Source: an uncultured Chloroflexia bacterium (GTDB taxonomy: Bacteria; Chloroflexota; Dehalococcoidia; UBA2979). From it: 64,000 nucleotides of DNA. The position numbers were made by a program, and so were the translations under genes. Numbering within the stretch: the first letter of the stretch is position 1; each line of letters opens with the position of its first letter. The stretch is taken from assembly GCA_963728205.1 (NCBI GenBank), contig CAVSIV010000001.1:384001-448000 (forward strand). Direction: 5' to 3'. The notes beneath the pieces were generated by a model that was not told where the DNA came from, made no database searches, and was given only the letters and a program-made list of their open reading frames with translations. This document shows, one piece after another, positions 28,514 through 37,990 of this stretch.

Positions 28514-28879
28514 GTGATCCGCGTCCTGGTCGCCGATCGCGACCCCATCGTCCGCCGCTCGCTGCGGCACCTGCTCGGCGACGGCGTCGACCTCCATGTC
28601 GTCGGAGAGGCCGACTCCGGCAGCGACGCGGTGCGTCGCGCGTCGTGGCTGCGCCCAGACGTCGTGCTGCTCGACGCGCGGCTCGAGCACTGCGGCGTGC
28701 TCGCGGCGTGCTCCGCAATCCGCACCGCCCTGCCCGGCGCGCGCATACTCGTCCTCGGCTTTTACGCCGACGACGATCTTGCCCGCGCGGCGGTCGCCGC
28801 CGGCGCCGATGCCTACCTCGTGAAGGACCTCGACCTCCAGGCGCTGCAGCGCGCGATCCTCACTGTGCCGGCGGCCTGA
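28514..28879 (+). CDS. Stand-alone response regulator receiver domain (NarL-like, no output domain)
   Basis: IRVLVAD, VVGEA, PDVVLLD, GADAYLVK; 121 aa. Confidence 0.8.
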   Translation: MIRVLVADRDPIVRRSLRHLLGDGVDLHVVGEADSGSDAVRRASWLRPDVVLLDARLEHCGVLAACSAIRTALPGARILVLGFYADDDLARAAVAAGADAYLVKDLDLQALQRAILTVPAA

Positions 28880-28895
28880 CCGCCGGCCCCCCGGC

Positions 28896-29747
28896 TCACG
28901 CGGGCCGGCGGTACCACACGAGCTCCACGTCTCCGACCCGCTCCGCGAAGCGCCCCCTCGGCGACGCCGTGGCGAGCACCCCGCGCAACTCCCGCTCGAA
29001 CTCGTGCAGCCGGTCGCCAAAGAGATGCGGCGCGGTGCCCGACGACGAGAAGACGTGTGCGAGGACGTCGTCCGCGGTGCGCGTGAGTGTGTCGCCACCG
29101 GGCACGCGCACGACGTCGGGCGCGAGGAAGCCCGCCGCGCGCAGGACGCCCCACTCGTCGCCGGGCGTGCCGTGGCGCAGGTACCCCTGCCCCGCGCGGC
29201 GCACCGGGCCGAGGTAGCGCTCCGCGAGCGCGCGAATGGCGTCGCCCGGCGGACGCGGATCGGGGGGGTCCGCCGGCTCGTCGCGGGCGGCATCCGCGGC
29301 CGGCACGTCCGTGTTCACGTGGACGAACGCGCCGCCCGGCTCGAGCATCGCGAACACGATGCGCGCGACCCGCTCGCGCTCCATCCAGTGGAACGACTGC
29401 GCGAACGTCGCGTAGCGAAAGCGGCCCTGCGCCGCGGCGGAGAGATCCTCTGCGCGCAGCCGCTCCCAGCGCACGTTCCCGGCGCCGCGCGACGTGGCGA
29501 GGCGCGCGCCCTCGCGCAGCATGTCGGCGTCGGGGTCCACCGCGACGACCTCGGCGAAGAGGTCGGCGAGCGTCAGCGCCACGGTCCCCGGCCCGCAGCC
29601 GACGTCGATCAGGCGCGGTGCGCCGTCGAGCCGCGCCGCGGCGGCGAAGGCGTCGTGCAGGCCGGCGGGGTAGGGGAGCCGGCCGCGCGCGTAGTACGCG
29701 GCACTTCCGCGGAAGAGGGTCTCGTCCCACTGCCAGCCCTGCGGCAC
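28896..29747 (-). CDS. Class I SAM-dependent methyltransferase
   Basis: YYARGRLPYP, IDVGCGPG, AVDPDADML, AQSFHWM, LEPGG. Confidence 0.92.
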   Translation of the reverse strand: MPQGWQWDETLFRGSAAYYARGRLPYPAGLHDAFAAAARLDGAPRLIDVGCGPGTVALTLADLFAEVVAVDPDADMLREGARLATSRGAGNVRWERLRAEDLSAAAQGRFRYATFAQSFHWMERERVARIVFAMLEPGGAFVHVNTDVPAADAARDEPADPPDPRPPGDAIRALAERYLGPVRRAGQGYLRHGTPGDEWGVLRAAGFLAPDVVRVPGGDTLTRTADDVLAHVFSSSGTAPHLFGDRLHEFERELRGVLATASPRGRFAERVGDVELVWYRRPA

Positions 29748-29989
29748 GCCGGCGCTCCTCGTCTCGGTCGCCGCAGCGCGGCGCGCCAGCCGACGCTATG
29801 CGCCGGGCGCGGCCGACGTCCACGTCGCACCCCGAGGGCGGACCGCGGCGTGCGGTGGGATGTGCGCCGGGGAGCGGTAACGGGTCAAGAAACCGAGTGG
29901 CCGGTGGTGGACGAATCCACCACCGGCCCGGTGCCACCCGCCTGAGCGCCCCAGCACAGGAGGCAGCACCCCCGGAGGACGCCGGCTCG

Positions 29990-31528
29990 TTAGTTGGACG
30001 AGCCGCCCGTCACGAAGACGGCAAAGTGGAAGGCCGGCAGCTCCTCATTGGGGTGGTCCTGCCACGTCAGCTGCGGCAACCGGAACGTCTCGATGCCCTT
30101 GATCTCCACGCCCTTGTAAATGGCGGGGTAGAGGTCGATGAAGTGCCAGCCGGGCGCGCCGGCGGCGGGGATCTGGATGGTCACGTCGCCCTGGCTGTTG
30201 AAGCCACAGGCGTAGCCCAGGTAGGCGTTGTCGTAGACGAGCGTGTAGATGTTGGCCGTCTCGGTCCAACCCACGCCCTTCAGGTGCACGGTGATCGGCT
30301 GGCCAGCGGCCGCGCTGTCCGGCGTCACCTCGAAGATCGACGGCGTGACCGTGTACTTCGTGGTCGCCGTCGCCTTGTCGTCGGCAATCGCGTCGATGTG
30401 GTGACCACCGCCGAGGTCATCCAGCGCCTTGAGCGACAGCGAGAACGTCCCATCGGCCGATGCGGTCACCTTTCCGAGCGACGTCGAGTTCTCGGCCCAG
30501 CCGCTCCCGGACATCCGGTTCCCGACCACGCGGAACCACTGGAGGTCGAGCTGCTGGCCTACGGTGAATCCCGTCCCCTTGATCGTGATCGGCGTGTCGA
30601 TCGGCCCGCTCGCCGGGCTCACGGTTAGCGAGGGCCCGGAGCCGGTGACCGCGACGGCGGCCGCCGATGGCAGGCCCTGCTGCGCTGCTGGCGCCGGCAG
30701 GACCGGGTCGCCGGAGGTCACGTCGAACGTGAAGGTGAACACCGGGCGATCGGGCGTCGGGGACTGCGGGGTGTTGAGGTACGGGAAGTTCGGGATGCCG
30801 CCCGTCACCTGTACGACATGCGTGCCGGCGTCGCCCGTCGCCGGGATGACGACCGTCGCTTTGCCCTGCGTCGAGACCGCCGACATCCAGCCCGTGAACT
30901 TGTTGTCGTAGACAACCTGCCAGACGTTGTAGAGGTACTGCCAGCCGACGCCGTCAGCCGTGATCGTGATCGGCGTGCCGACCGGGCCGCTCTGTGGCGA
31001 GACCGTCACGTGCATCTCGACGTTGAACCCTGCCTTGTTGCGCACCGTGTCGCCCTGGGTGATGACGACGTCGTGCGCGAACCCGAATCCGTCGGGCACT
31101 TTGAAGCTGGTCGTGAAGTCGCCGTTGGCGTCCGTGTGGACCGTGCCCAGCGGCACGTACTTCGAGTCGTACTGCTCGCCGTGGTACGTGCCGTCGTCGC
31201 GGTTCACGTTCCACGAGCCGACGACGTTCTGCCAGGACACGGTCAGATCCGCGTTCGCGGCGAAGCCGGTCCCGGTTCCTTTGACGTCGGAGCCGATGGG
31301 GCCCGACGCCGGGGAGAGCTGGAACTTGCCGACGTACTCGACGACGGGGGTTCCAGTGGCCGTCGGCGCCACCGTCGGCGTCGGCGCCGCTGCCTGAGCC
31401 GTGGTTGCCGTGGACTGCGTGGCCGCCGTGGGGTTCGACGCCGCGACGTTGGACTGCCCGCCGCAGGCACCGAGCACCAGGGCTCCGGCGACCAGCAGCG
31501 CGGCTGTCCACATCTGCTTGAGATTCAT
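29990..31528 (-). CDS. Uncharacterised lipoprotein with four IPT/TIG-like Ig domains (ABAB repeat)
   Basis: LGAC lipobox; four SPxSGP-type domain starts; duplicated GVGW...YDN...QG...IPAxG..G.H block; GGAGG RBS. Confidence 0.85.
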   Translation of the reverse strand: MNLKQMWTAALLVAGALVLGACGGQSNVAASNPTAATQSTATTAQAAAPTPTVAPTATGTPVVEYVGKFQLSPASGPIGSDVKGTGTGFAANADLTVSWQNVVGSWNVNRDDGTYHGEQYDSKYVPLGTVHTDANGDFTTSFKVPDGFGFAHDVVITQGDTVRNKAGFNVEMHVTVSPQSGPVGTPITITADGVGWQYLYNVWQVVYDNKFTGWMSAVSTQGKATVVIPATGDAGTHVVQVTGGIPNFPYLNTPQSPTPDRPVFTFTFDVTSGDPVLPAPAAQQGLPSAAAVAVTGSGPSLTVSPASGPIDTPITIKGTGFTVGQQLDLQWFRVVGNRMSGSGWAENSTSLGKVTASADGTFSLSLKALDDLGGGHHIDAIADDKATATTKYTVTPSIFEVTPDSAAAGQPITVHLKGVGWTETANIYTLVYDNAYLGYACGFNSQGDVTIQIPAAGAPGWHFIDLYPAIYKGVEIKGIETFRLPQLTWQDHPNEELPAFHFAVFVTGGSSN

Positions 31529-31552
31529 GTTCGTCCTCCGGGTTGAACATGT

Positions 31553-31582
31553 CGCGGGCCCCCGCCTCGGCGGGGGCCCGCG
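31553..31582 (-). terminator. Intra-operonic hairpin
   Basis: CGCGGGCCCCCGCC / GGCGGGGGCCCGCG perfect inverted repeat between the two lipoprotein genes. Confidence 0.6.
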
Positions 31583-31592
31583 TCTGGATTGA

Positions 31593-32237
31593 CTAGGACT
31601 TCGCCTGGATCGTCAGCTTTGACGAGTCGATGTTGATGTTGGCGCTCGTGAACTCCGCGGTTCGGCCGTCGGTCGTCGTCGCGGTGATGGTGTACGGCAG
31701 GAGACCGGTCGGGTACCCCTCGGGGACAACCCAGAACTTCGACCAGAAGAAGTCGGTCGGCTGGGGCTTGCCGTGGCCGGCGTACTTTCCGTCGAAGGTC
31801 TGACCGTCGCCGAGCTTGATCTGCACCGACGCCATGTCGGTGTCCTTCAGCTCCTGGCCGGTCGCGGCGTCATAGACCTTGATGCGCCAGCCGAGCTCCT
31901 CGCCGGGGGCGAAGCGGCTCTGCTCGGTGCAGGACCGCAGCGGCACCTCGTCGGTGCTCATGCCCTTGGAACCGATCACCGTATCGGCATAGATGTAGAT
32001 GCGGCTTGCGGCCGCTGCCGGCGCCGCCGCGCCGCTGGCCGGCGCCGCCGCGCTGGAGTTGCTCGCCGCCGTCGCGGGGGCCGCCGCGCTCGACCCGCTC
32101 GACTGCTGCGCCGCCGCCGCGTCCTTCGCGTTGCTGCCGCCGCAAGCCGTCAGCGCCAGCGCCACGATTGCCATTGCTGCCAGTGGCAGCAGGACGCGCA
32201 GCCGTCTGCTCGTCCATCGCCTCACGTCAGCCATCAC
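31593..32237 (-). CDS. Uncharacterised lipoprotein (beta-sandwich-like)
   Basis: LTAC lipobox, Ala/Ser linker, domain ADTV...SCTEQSRFAPGE...WRIKVYD...GHG...WVVPEGYPTG; GAGGGAGGT RBS. Confidence 0.85.
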   Translation of the reverse strand: MMADVRRWTSRRLRVLLPLAAMAIVALALTACGGSNAKDAAAAQQSSGSSAAAPATAASNSSAAAPASGAAAPAAAASRIYIYADTVIGSKGMSTDEVPLRSCTEQSRFAPGEELGWRIKVYDAATGQELKDTDMASVQIKLGDGQTFDGKYAGHGKPQPTDFFWSKFWVVPEGYPTGLLPYTITATTTDGRTAEFTSANINIDSSKLTIQAKS

Positions 32238-32270
32238 TGACCTCCCTCAATCTCTCTGCGTGCCTGCTGT

Positions 32271-32924
32271 TCAGTCCGACTCCAGCTCGGAGCCGGTCTG
32301 CCACCCCTGCGTTGCTAACTCGCCTGCGGCCACGGGTCCTGGGGCGAACCCGCGAGCCGCGGACGGAATTGCCGTGACGGTGCGCACGGCGACGCCGATG
32401 AGCGTCACCCACACGCCGAGCAAGAGGACGAGCGCGGCCCAAGGCACCCACTGGCCGACGAGCCCGATGCGCGGGGCCTCGGGCGCGACTGGCGCGGGCG
32501 CGCCTGTGACCACGTACGGGATCGGCTGCGACGTCGCCGCGGCGAGCGTGTCGCTGCCCTTGAAGTGCGCGGCGAACGCGACCGGCCCGTCCTGCTGCAG
32601 GCGGTAGACCCATGTCGCGGTCCCGCCGGAGGTCGTCGGCGTGGTGCCGAGCAGCGCTTCGGTCTGGCCGAGCACGTCGACCTGGAAGACAAACTGGATC
32701 GGAGCGTTCGCGACCGGCTTGCCGTCGGGGCCAGCCAGCTTCGCGGTCAGCAGGATTGTGGCCCCGACGCCTGGCTTCGGCGCCGCCATCGTCAGCGTCG
32801 TCGCGCCCTTGTCCGCGGCGGCCGCGCGGGCCGGCCACATCGCCGCCGCCGTCACGGCCAGCGCCAGCGCCGCGAGCCCGAACAGCAGGACCAGGAGCCG
32901 CGCTCGACGTGTCGTCGCGGTCAT
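32271..32924 (-). CDS. Secreted Ig-like domain protein with C-terminal membrane anchor
   Basis: Signal peptide, Big_3-like domain (LTAKL...G.P...F...A.F.G), TM segment WAALVLLLGVW; ATGA overlap with nrfD. Confidence 0.82.
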   Translation of the reverse strand: MTATTRRARLLVLLFGLAALALAVTAAAMWPARAAAADKGATTLTMAAPKPGVGATILLTAKLAGPDGKPVANAPIQFVFQVDVLGQTEALLGTTPTTSGGTATWVYRLQQDGPVAFAAHFKGSDTLAAATSQPIPYVVTGAPAPVAPEAPRIGLVGQWVPWAALVLLLGVWVTLIGVAVRTVTAIPSAARGFAPGPVAAGELATQGWQTGSELESD

Positions 32925-34300
32925 CGCACACCTCCCTGTGTCGCCAGCTCGGCGCGGTGCGCCGCGACGGTCTGCGCCGCGTGCTCCGCCTCTTCGCTGG
33001 CGATCTCGTGCATCTCGTCGATGGGGAGCACCGGGAAGACCCGGAAGAAGAGCATCATCAGCAGCGGGATGAGGGCCGCCGCCGCGAGCGTGACGAGGAT
33101 CTCGACCACGCTCGGCCGGTACGCCGCGTTCGCGGTGCCGCCGTAGTACGACTGGTAGAGGGGCGGGACGACGATGATGATGCGCTTCAGCCACATCGCG
33201 CCGACGCCCAGCGCGGCCGCGATGGTGATGCCCTTCACCGTGCGCGTGCGCGGCAGCAGTACGAGCGCCGTCGGCACCAGGCCGCCGAGGATGAGGAACA
33301 CCCAGAACAGCGGGGCGAAGCGGCCGACGAGCAGCGACTCCATGAGCGGGGCCGTGTGGTCGTCGAGCACCCACGACTCCGTGAGCATCTCCGAGATGGT
33401 CATGTAGAGGTACGTGACCCCGAGCGTGACCATCAGGAGGCTCAGGTAGCGGAAGTGCTTGACCGTGATGAACTCCTCCAGGTGGTAGGCCCACCGGAAG
33501 GCGGCGGTCACGAGGATCACCATCGCGACGCCGGACAGGAGCGCGGCGATCACGAAGTAGGGGGCGAAGAGCGTGCTGTGCCAGCCGGCGCGCTCGTTCA
33601 CGCTGAACGCCCACGCCAGCACCGAGTGCACCGATACCGCGAGCGGGATGATCAGGATGGCGATGATCGCCATGCCCTGGTTCACCACGCGCCGCTGTGA
33701 CGGCAGGCCGCGCCAGTTGAGGGCGACGATGCGGTAGATGCGCCCGCGCCAGCGGCCGGCGCTGTCGCCGATCGTGTCGCGACAGATCGCCGCGTCCGCG
33801 ATCAGCGGCAGCATCAGGAAGATGAATGTCGCGGCAAGGTAGGTGTTCACCGCGGTGAAGTCCCACACCAGCGGCGACCGGTAGTTCGGCGTCGAGAAGA
33901 ACTCCCACAGCCGATCCGGCCGGCCGACGTGGATCACGGCGAACAGCGCGCCGATCGCCATCGTCACCATCGCCATCGCCTCGGCGAGGCGCGTGATCGG
34001 CGCGCGCCACGAGGCGTGCGCCAGGCGCAGCAGCGCGGAGGTCACGGCGCCGCCGTAGCTCAGGCCGATGAACGCGACGAGGTTCGACGTGTAGACGCCC
34101 CAGAACACGCGGTCGTTGAGGCCCGTCACGCCGATCCCGTGGATGACCTGGTAGACCCAGGCGCCGAAGCCCGCCAGCACGACGAGGCTCAGCGCGCCGA
34201 GCAGCGCCCAGAAGCGCCGCCCGCCGCCGCGCATCGGTCGCAGCGCCGCCTCGGTCACGGGGTCGAGGTTCCGTGTCGTGGACAGTGATGCAGTCGTCAC
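32921..34300 (-). CDS. nrfD: NrfD/PsrC-family integral membrane quinol-interacting subunit (DsrP/ActC-like)
   Basis: GIGVTGL..RVFWGVY, PITRLAE, GRPDR, SPLVWD, VSVHSV, APYFV..A..SG, WLKR; ~10 TMs. Confidence 0.9.
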   Translation of the reverse strand: MTTASLSTTRNLDPVTEAALRPMRGGGRRFWALLGALSLVVLAGFGAWVYQVIHGIGVTGLNDRVFWGVYTSNLVAFIGLSYGGAVTSALLRLAHASWRAPITRLAEAMAMVTMAIGALFAVIHVGRPDRLWEFFSTPNYRSPLVWDFTAVNTYLAATFIFLMLPLIADAAICRDTIGDSAGRWRGRIYRIVALNWRGLPSQRRVVNQGMAIIAILIIPLAVSVHSVLAWAFSVNERAGWHSTLFAPYFVIAALLSGVAMVILVTAAFRWAYHLEEFITVKHFRYLSLLMVTLGVTYLYMTISEMLTESWVLDDHTAPLMESLLVGRFAPLFWVFLILGGLVPTALVLLPRTRTVKGITIAAALGVGAMWLKRIIIVVPPLYQSYYGGTANAAYRPSVVEILVTLAAAALIPLLMMLFFRVFPVLPIDEMHEIASEEAEHAAQTVAAHRAELATQGGVR

Positions 34301-34325
34301 CGTGTCCTCCCTTCTCGCGGCCGCG

Positions 34326-35186
34326 CTAGAACTCGAGGTCCTGGCCGTGGCCGGCGACGTAGTAGACGCGCGGTCGCGTGTTCAGGTCCTCGCGGAGGCG
34401 GAACGCGTCGTTGTCGCGGAGGTAGTCGCTGAGCCGGTAGGTCTCGGTGCCGTTCGTCATCATGTCGGTCTTGAGATCGCCCATGAAGATGGCGTTCATG
34501 CCGCAGCCCTCGACGCAGCCCGGGAGCTTGCCGACGCGCGTGTTGTGCACGCACATCACGCACTTGCCGGCCGTGCCCTTGATCTGCGGCGTGGGGAACT
34601 CCGGGGTCGGCCCCGTCAGCGAGGCCGGCGTCGGCAGCGGATCGCGCCAGTTGAACGTGCGCGCCTCGTAGGGGCAGGCCGCCAGGCAGGCCCGGCAGCC
34701 GATGCAGCGCTTCTCGTCGACCAGCGTGACGCCGTCCGCGGTGCGGAACGTCGCGCCCACCGGGCAGACCTTCAGGCAGGGCGGGTCCTCGCACTGCATG
34801 CACGGCTGCGGCAGGAAGTACGTCTGGCCGGCGCTGTCCTGCAGCTCGTGGACCTTGATCCACGGCTGATCGGGGTGGAGGTAGTGCATCGCGTTGCACG
34901 CGTCCGTGCACTTGCCGCAGCCGTCGCACCGGCGGAGGTCGAAGACCATCACCCACTGGTGGTTCGCGAGGTCCGGCTGCTCGTTCGCGGCCTCGGTGGG
35001 GCGTGTGCGGCCGATCACGGGGATGCCGAGGCCCGCCGCCGCAGCCACGCCGGCCGCGGTGCCGAGCCCCGTCATGAGGCGGCGCCGCGACAGTCGCGAC
35101 CCGCCTCGCCCGCGCTCGCCCGCCGTGCTCGCTTCCGCGAGCGGGGTGTTCTCGCCGGTTTCAGGTCCGCTGGATGGGTCCGTCAT
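34326..35186 (-). CDS. Tat-exported 4x[4Fe-4S] ferredoxin-like subunit (NrfC/DsrO/QrcC-like)
   Basis: SRRRLM Tat motif; CDGCGKCTDAC, CMQCEDPPCLKVCP, CIGCRACLAACPY, CVMC...CVEGC; RTFNW; TRPRVYY. Confidence 0.92.
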   Translation of the reverse strand: MTDPSSGPETGENTPLAEASTAGERGRGGSRLSRRRLMTGLGTAAGVAAAAGLGIPVIGRTRPTEAANEQPDLANHQWVMVFDLRRCDGCGKCTDACNAMHYLHPDQPWIKVHELQDSAGQTYFLPQPCMQCEDPPCLKVCPVGATFRTADGVTLVDEKRCIGCRACLAACPYEARTFNWRDPLPTPASLTGPTPEFPTPQIKGTAGKCVMCVHNTRVGKLPGCVEGCGMNAIFMGDLKTDMMTNGTETYRLSDYLRDNDAFRLREDLNTRPRVYYVAGHGQDLEF

Positions 35187-35476
35187 GAGATGCCCTCCCC
35201 GCTCCGGGTCGTGGGATGTTCATCACGATGAGCATCGAGCTCTCTGCGCTGGACGGCATCGGCCAACGCGCTACACCGCAGCGCGGCGTGATCGGACCTT
35301 CAGCGGAAGCGGGGTGCTCTGATCGGCAGGGGGTCCCCCCCGGCCGTTGGGCCGGATCGCGGCTACGCCAATACGCCGACCGTGCAGCCCATAGGGCCCG
35401 AGGTCTCATGACCTATGTCACTGCCGGGACTGGGACTTATGCGCGTTACTAATCGCACTGCCGAGGGGAGTGCAAC

Positions 35477-36196
35477 ATGTCGTTGGAAGTTTCAGCTGCC
35501 CGAATTGACGAAACCGCAGCGACGGGCGCCCGCACGCCGCTGCGCGTGCTGGTCGTGGACGACCACGCACTGGTGGGCGAAGGCACCCGCCGGCTGCTCG
35601 AGCTCGAGCGTGACATGGTCGTGGTCGGCGTTGCGCGCAACGGGATCGAGGCGCTGGAGCTCGTCGAGCGCGAGCACCCGGGCGTGGTGCTCATGGACAT
35701 CGAGATGCCGGAGATGGACGGCATCGAGGCGACCACCCGCATCGCCGCCGACTACCCGGAAGTCGCGGTGCTCGTGCTCTCCGCCTACGACGACGACGAA
35801 TACGTCGAGCGCCTGGTCGAGGCCGGCGCGGCCGGCTACCTCCTCAAGGACGTGCGCGGCGACCAGCTGATCGAGGCGATCCGCTCGGTCGCGCGCGGCG
35901 ACTCCGCGCTGCACCCCACCATCGCACGCAAGGTGATGCGCTCGCTGACGCCGTCGGGGCACGGCGCGTCGGGCGCGGAGGTCGAGACGCTGTCCGACCG
36001 CGAGCTGTCCGTGCTGCGCCTCGCGGCGCGCGGGCTCGCGAACGAGGCGATCGCACTGCAGCTGGGGATCAGCGCCCGGACCGCGCAGGCGCACCTCTCG
36101 AACATCTTCGGCAAGATGCACGTCGAGTCGCGCACGCAGGCCGTGGTGGAGGCGCTGCGCCGGCGGTGGATCCGCCTGGAAGAGCTCGAGCCTTGA
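35477..36196 (+). CDS. NarL/LuxR-family response regulator
   Basis: VVDDH, VLMDIEMP, GYLLKD, LSDRE...HLSNIFGK HTH; GAGGGGAG RBS. Confidence 0.95.
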   Translation: MSLEVSAARIDETAATGARTPLRVLVVDDHALVGEGTRRLLELERDMVVVGVARNGIEALELVEREHPGVVLMDIEMPEMDGIEATTRIAADYPEVAVLVLSAYDDDEYVERLVEAGAAGYLLKDVRGDQLIEAIRSVARGDSALHPTIARKVMRSLTPSGHGASGAEVETLSDRELSVLRLAARGLANEAIALQLGISARTAQAHLSNIFGKMHVESRTQAVVEALRRRWIRLEELEP

Positions 36197-37785
36197 CGGC
36201 TTCGCCCCGCGTCGCCGGCGCGCTGCACTGGCTCGCCGGTGCACGGCCGCACCCCGCCCCGGTGCGCCGCCGCGAGTTCTGGGTCACCCAGCTCCTCGTC
36301 ATCGTCGTCATCGCGATCGTCTACGGAACGCATCTCGCTGCGCAGCACCTCGAGCCGCGCGGCGGGACGATCGGCACGCTCGCGGAGATCCACGACGGCG
36401 TCAGCGCGCTCGCGATCATCCCGATCGTCTACGCGGCGCTGACGTTTGGGATGGAAGGGGCGATCCTCACCTCGCTGTGGATCGCGTTCCTGCTCGCGCC
36501 GCACACCATCTTCCCGCCCTCCACGAACCACCAGTGGCTGATGGACCTCGGCATCGGCGTGGGCAGCCTCACCGCGGCCCTGCTGCTCGCCGGCCGCATC
36601 CGTTCCGAGCGCCAGGCGCGGTGGCGCGCCGAGGCGATGTCCGGCCGCCTGCGCCTGCTCCACGGCCTCGGCCTCTCGCTGCGCCGGCCGCGCCCGCTCC
36701 GCGATCTCCTGCAGTCGTTCGCCGATACGCTGCGCGAGGGCATGGACCTCGACTACGTCGCGCTGTGGTTCAGCGCCGAGGGCGGCGAGGATCCGCTGCT
36801 CGTCGAGAGCGGCGATCACGCGCTCGGGGCGCTGCTCGACGCCGACGGCCTCCCCGCGTACGAACCGGATGTCGGCCGCGCATCCGGGGCGATCGACGTG
36901 CAGGCGCCGTCGGGCGACACCGCCGTCTTTCCGCTCACCGGCGAGCACTCGTCGTTCGGCGTGCTCGGCGTCGTCGCGCTCGATCGCGTCCTCTCCCACG
37001 ACGAGCGCGAGATTCTCGCGATCGCCAGCCTCGAGACGTCGGTCTCGCTCGAGGTGCTGCGCGTCGAGCAGATGCGACGCGAGTCGCTCGCGCTGTACGC
37101 GCGGCAGGTCACGAACGCGCAGGAAGAGGAGCGGGCGCGTATCGCGCGCGAGTTGCACGACGGCGTCGTGCAGGATCTCTCCGGCCTCGTGCGTGCGATT
37201 GATCTGGCCGACGAGGAGGCGCGCCGCGCCGGGGGCGTGCGCGAGCGCTCGCTCGAACCGATGCGCGACATCGCCTCCGAGGCGCTGGCCGAGCTGCGCC
37301 GCGTCACGCGCGACCTGCGTCCGACGACGCTCGACCGCCTCGGCCTGCTCGCCGCGATTCGCTCGCTGGCCACGGAGATGAGCGAGCGCACCGGCGTCGT
37401 CGTCGACTTCCACTTCGGCGACGCGCGGCCGCTGGCGCCCGAGAACGAGCTGTGCGTCTTCCGCATCGTGCAGGAGGCGCTGAGCAACGTGGAGAAGCAC
37501 GCCGGCGCGAAGCACGTCGAGGTCGAGGTCGCGTTCTCGGACCGTGAAGTGCGGGTCGAGGTGCGCGACGACGGCAGGGGCTACGCGCCGCCGGAGGACG
37601 CGAACGAGCTGGCGCGCCACGGGCGGTTCGGCGTGCTCGGGATGACCGAGCGCGCTGCGCTGGTCGGCGGCACGCTCGAGGTGTCCCGGCGTCCGCGCGG
37701 CGGGACACGGGTTGCGCTGGAGGTGCCGATCCGCTCGCCCGGCGATGTCGCGCTCGGGATGGCGGCGGCGGTGCAGCCGGCCTAA
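36193..37785 (+). CDS. Membrane sensor histidine kinase (HisKA_3, NarX/DesK-like) with GAF-like region
   Basis: N-terminal TMs, QEEERARIARELHD, LRPTTLDRLGL, QEALSNVEKHA, DDGRG, FGVLGM.ER; TTG start overlapping the RR stop. Confidence 0.92.
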   Translation: MTASPRVAGALHWLAGARPHPAPVRRREFWVTQLLVIVVIAIVYGTHLAAQHLEPRGGTIGTLAEIHDGVSALAIIPIVYAALTFGMEGAILTSLWIAFLLAPHTIFPPSTNHQWLMDLGIGVGSLTAALLLAGRIRSERQARWRAEAMSGRLRLLHGLGLSLRRPRPLRDLLQSFADTLREGMDLDYVALWFSAEGGEDPLLVESGDHALGALLDADGLPAYEPDVGRASGAIDVQAPSGDTAVFPLTGEHSSFGVLGVVALDRVLSHDEREILAIASLETSVSLEVLRVEQMRRESLALYARQVTNAQEEERARIARELHDGVVQDLSGLVRAIDLADEEARRAGGVRERSLEPMRDIASEALAELRRVTRDLRPTTLDRLGLLAAIRSLATEMSERTGVVVDFHFGDARPLAPENELCVFRIVQEALSNVEKHAGAKHVEVEVAFSDREVRVEVRDDGRGYAPPEDANELARHGRFGVLGMTERAALVGGTLEVSRRPRGGTRVALEVPIRSPGDVALGMAAAVQPA

Positions 37786-37990
37786 GCGCACGCTCCCGCG
37801 CGCCGCAGCGAGCAGGGTGCGTCAGCGCGCTGTTTCCAGGTCCGGTGAATGCGTGTCCGCCACCCGCTGGGAGGCGCGCGGTGGGTCGCGACCGGAGGTC
37901 GCGCCCCGACCGACGCGGCTCGCCCGGACACGGCGAGCGGCGGGTGCCGCCCGCCGCTCACGCGACCCACCAGACCCGGCGGCTATGCGG

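Noticed and set aside
32921-35186. DsrMKJOP / dissimilatory sulfate reduction or Nrf nitrite ammonification
   Set aside because: Only DsrO/P-like (NrfC/D-like) genes are present; no dsrMKJ, dsrAB or nrfA/B in the window.
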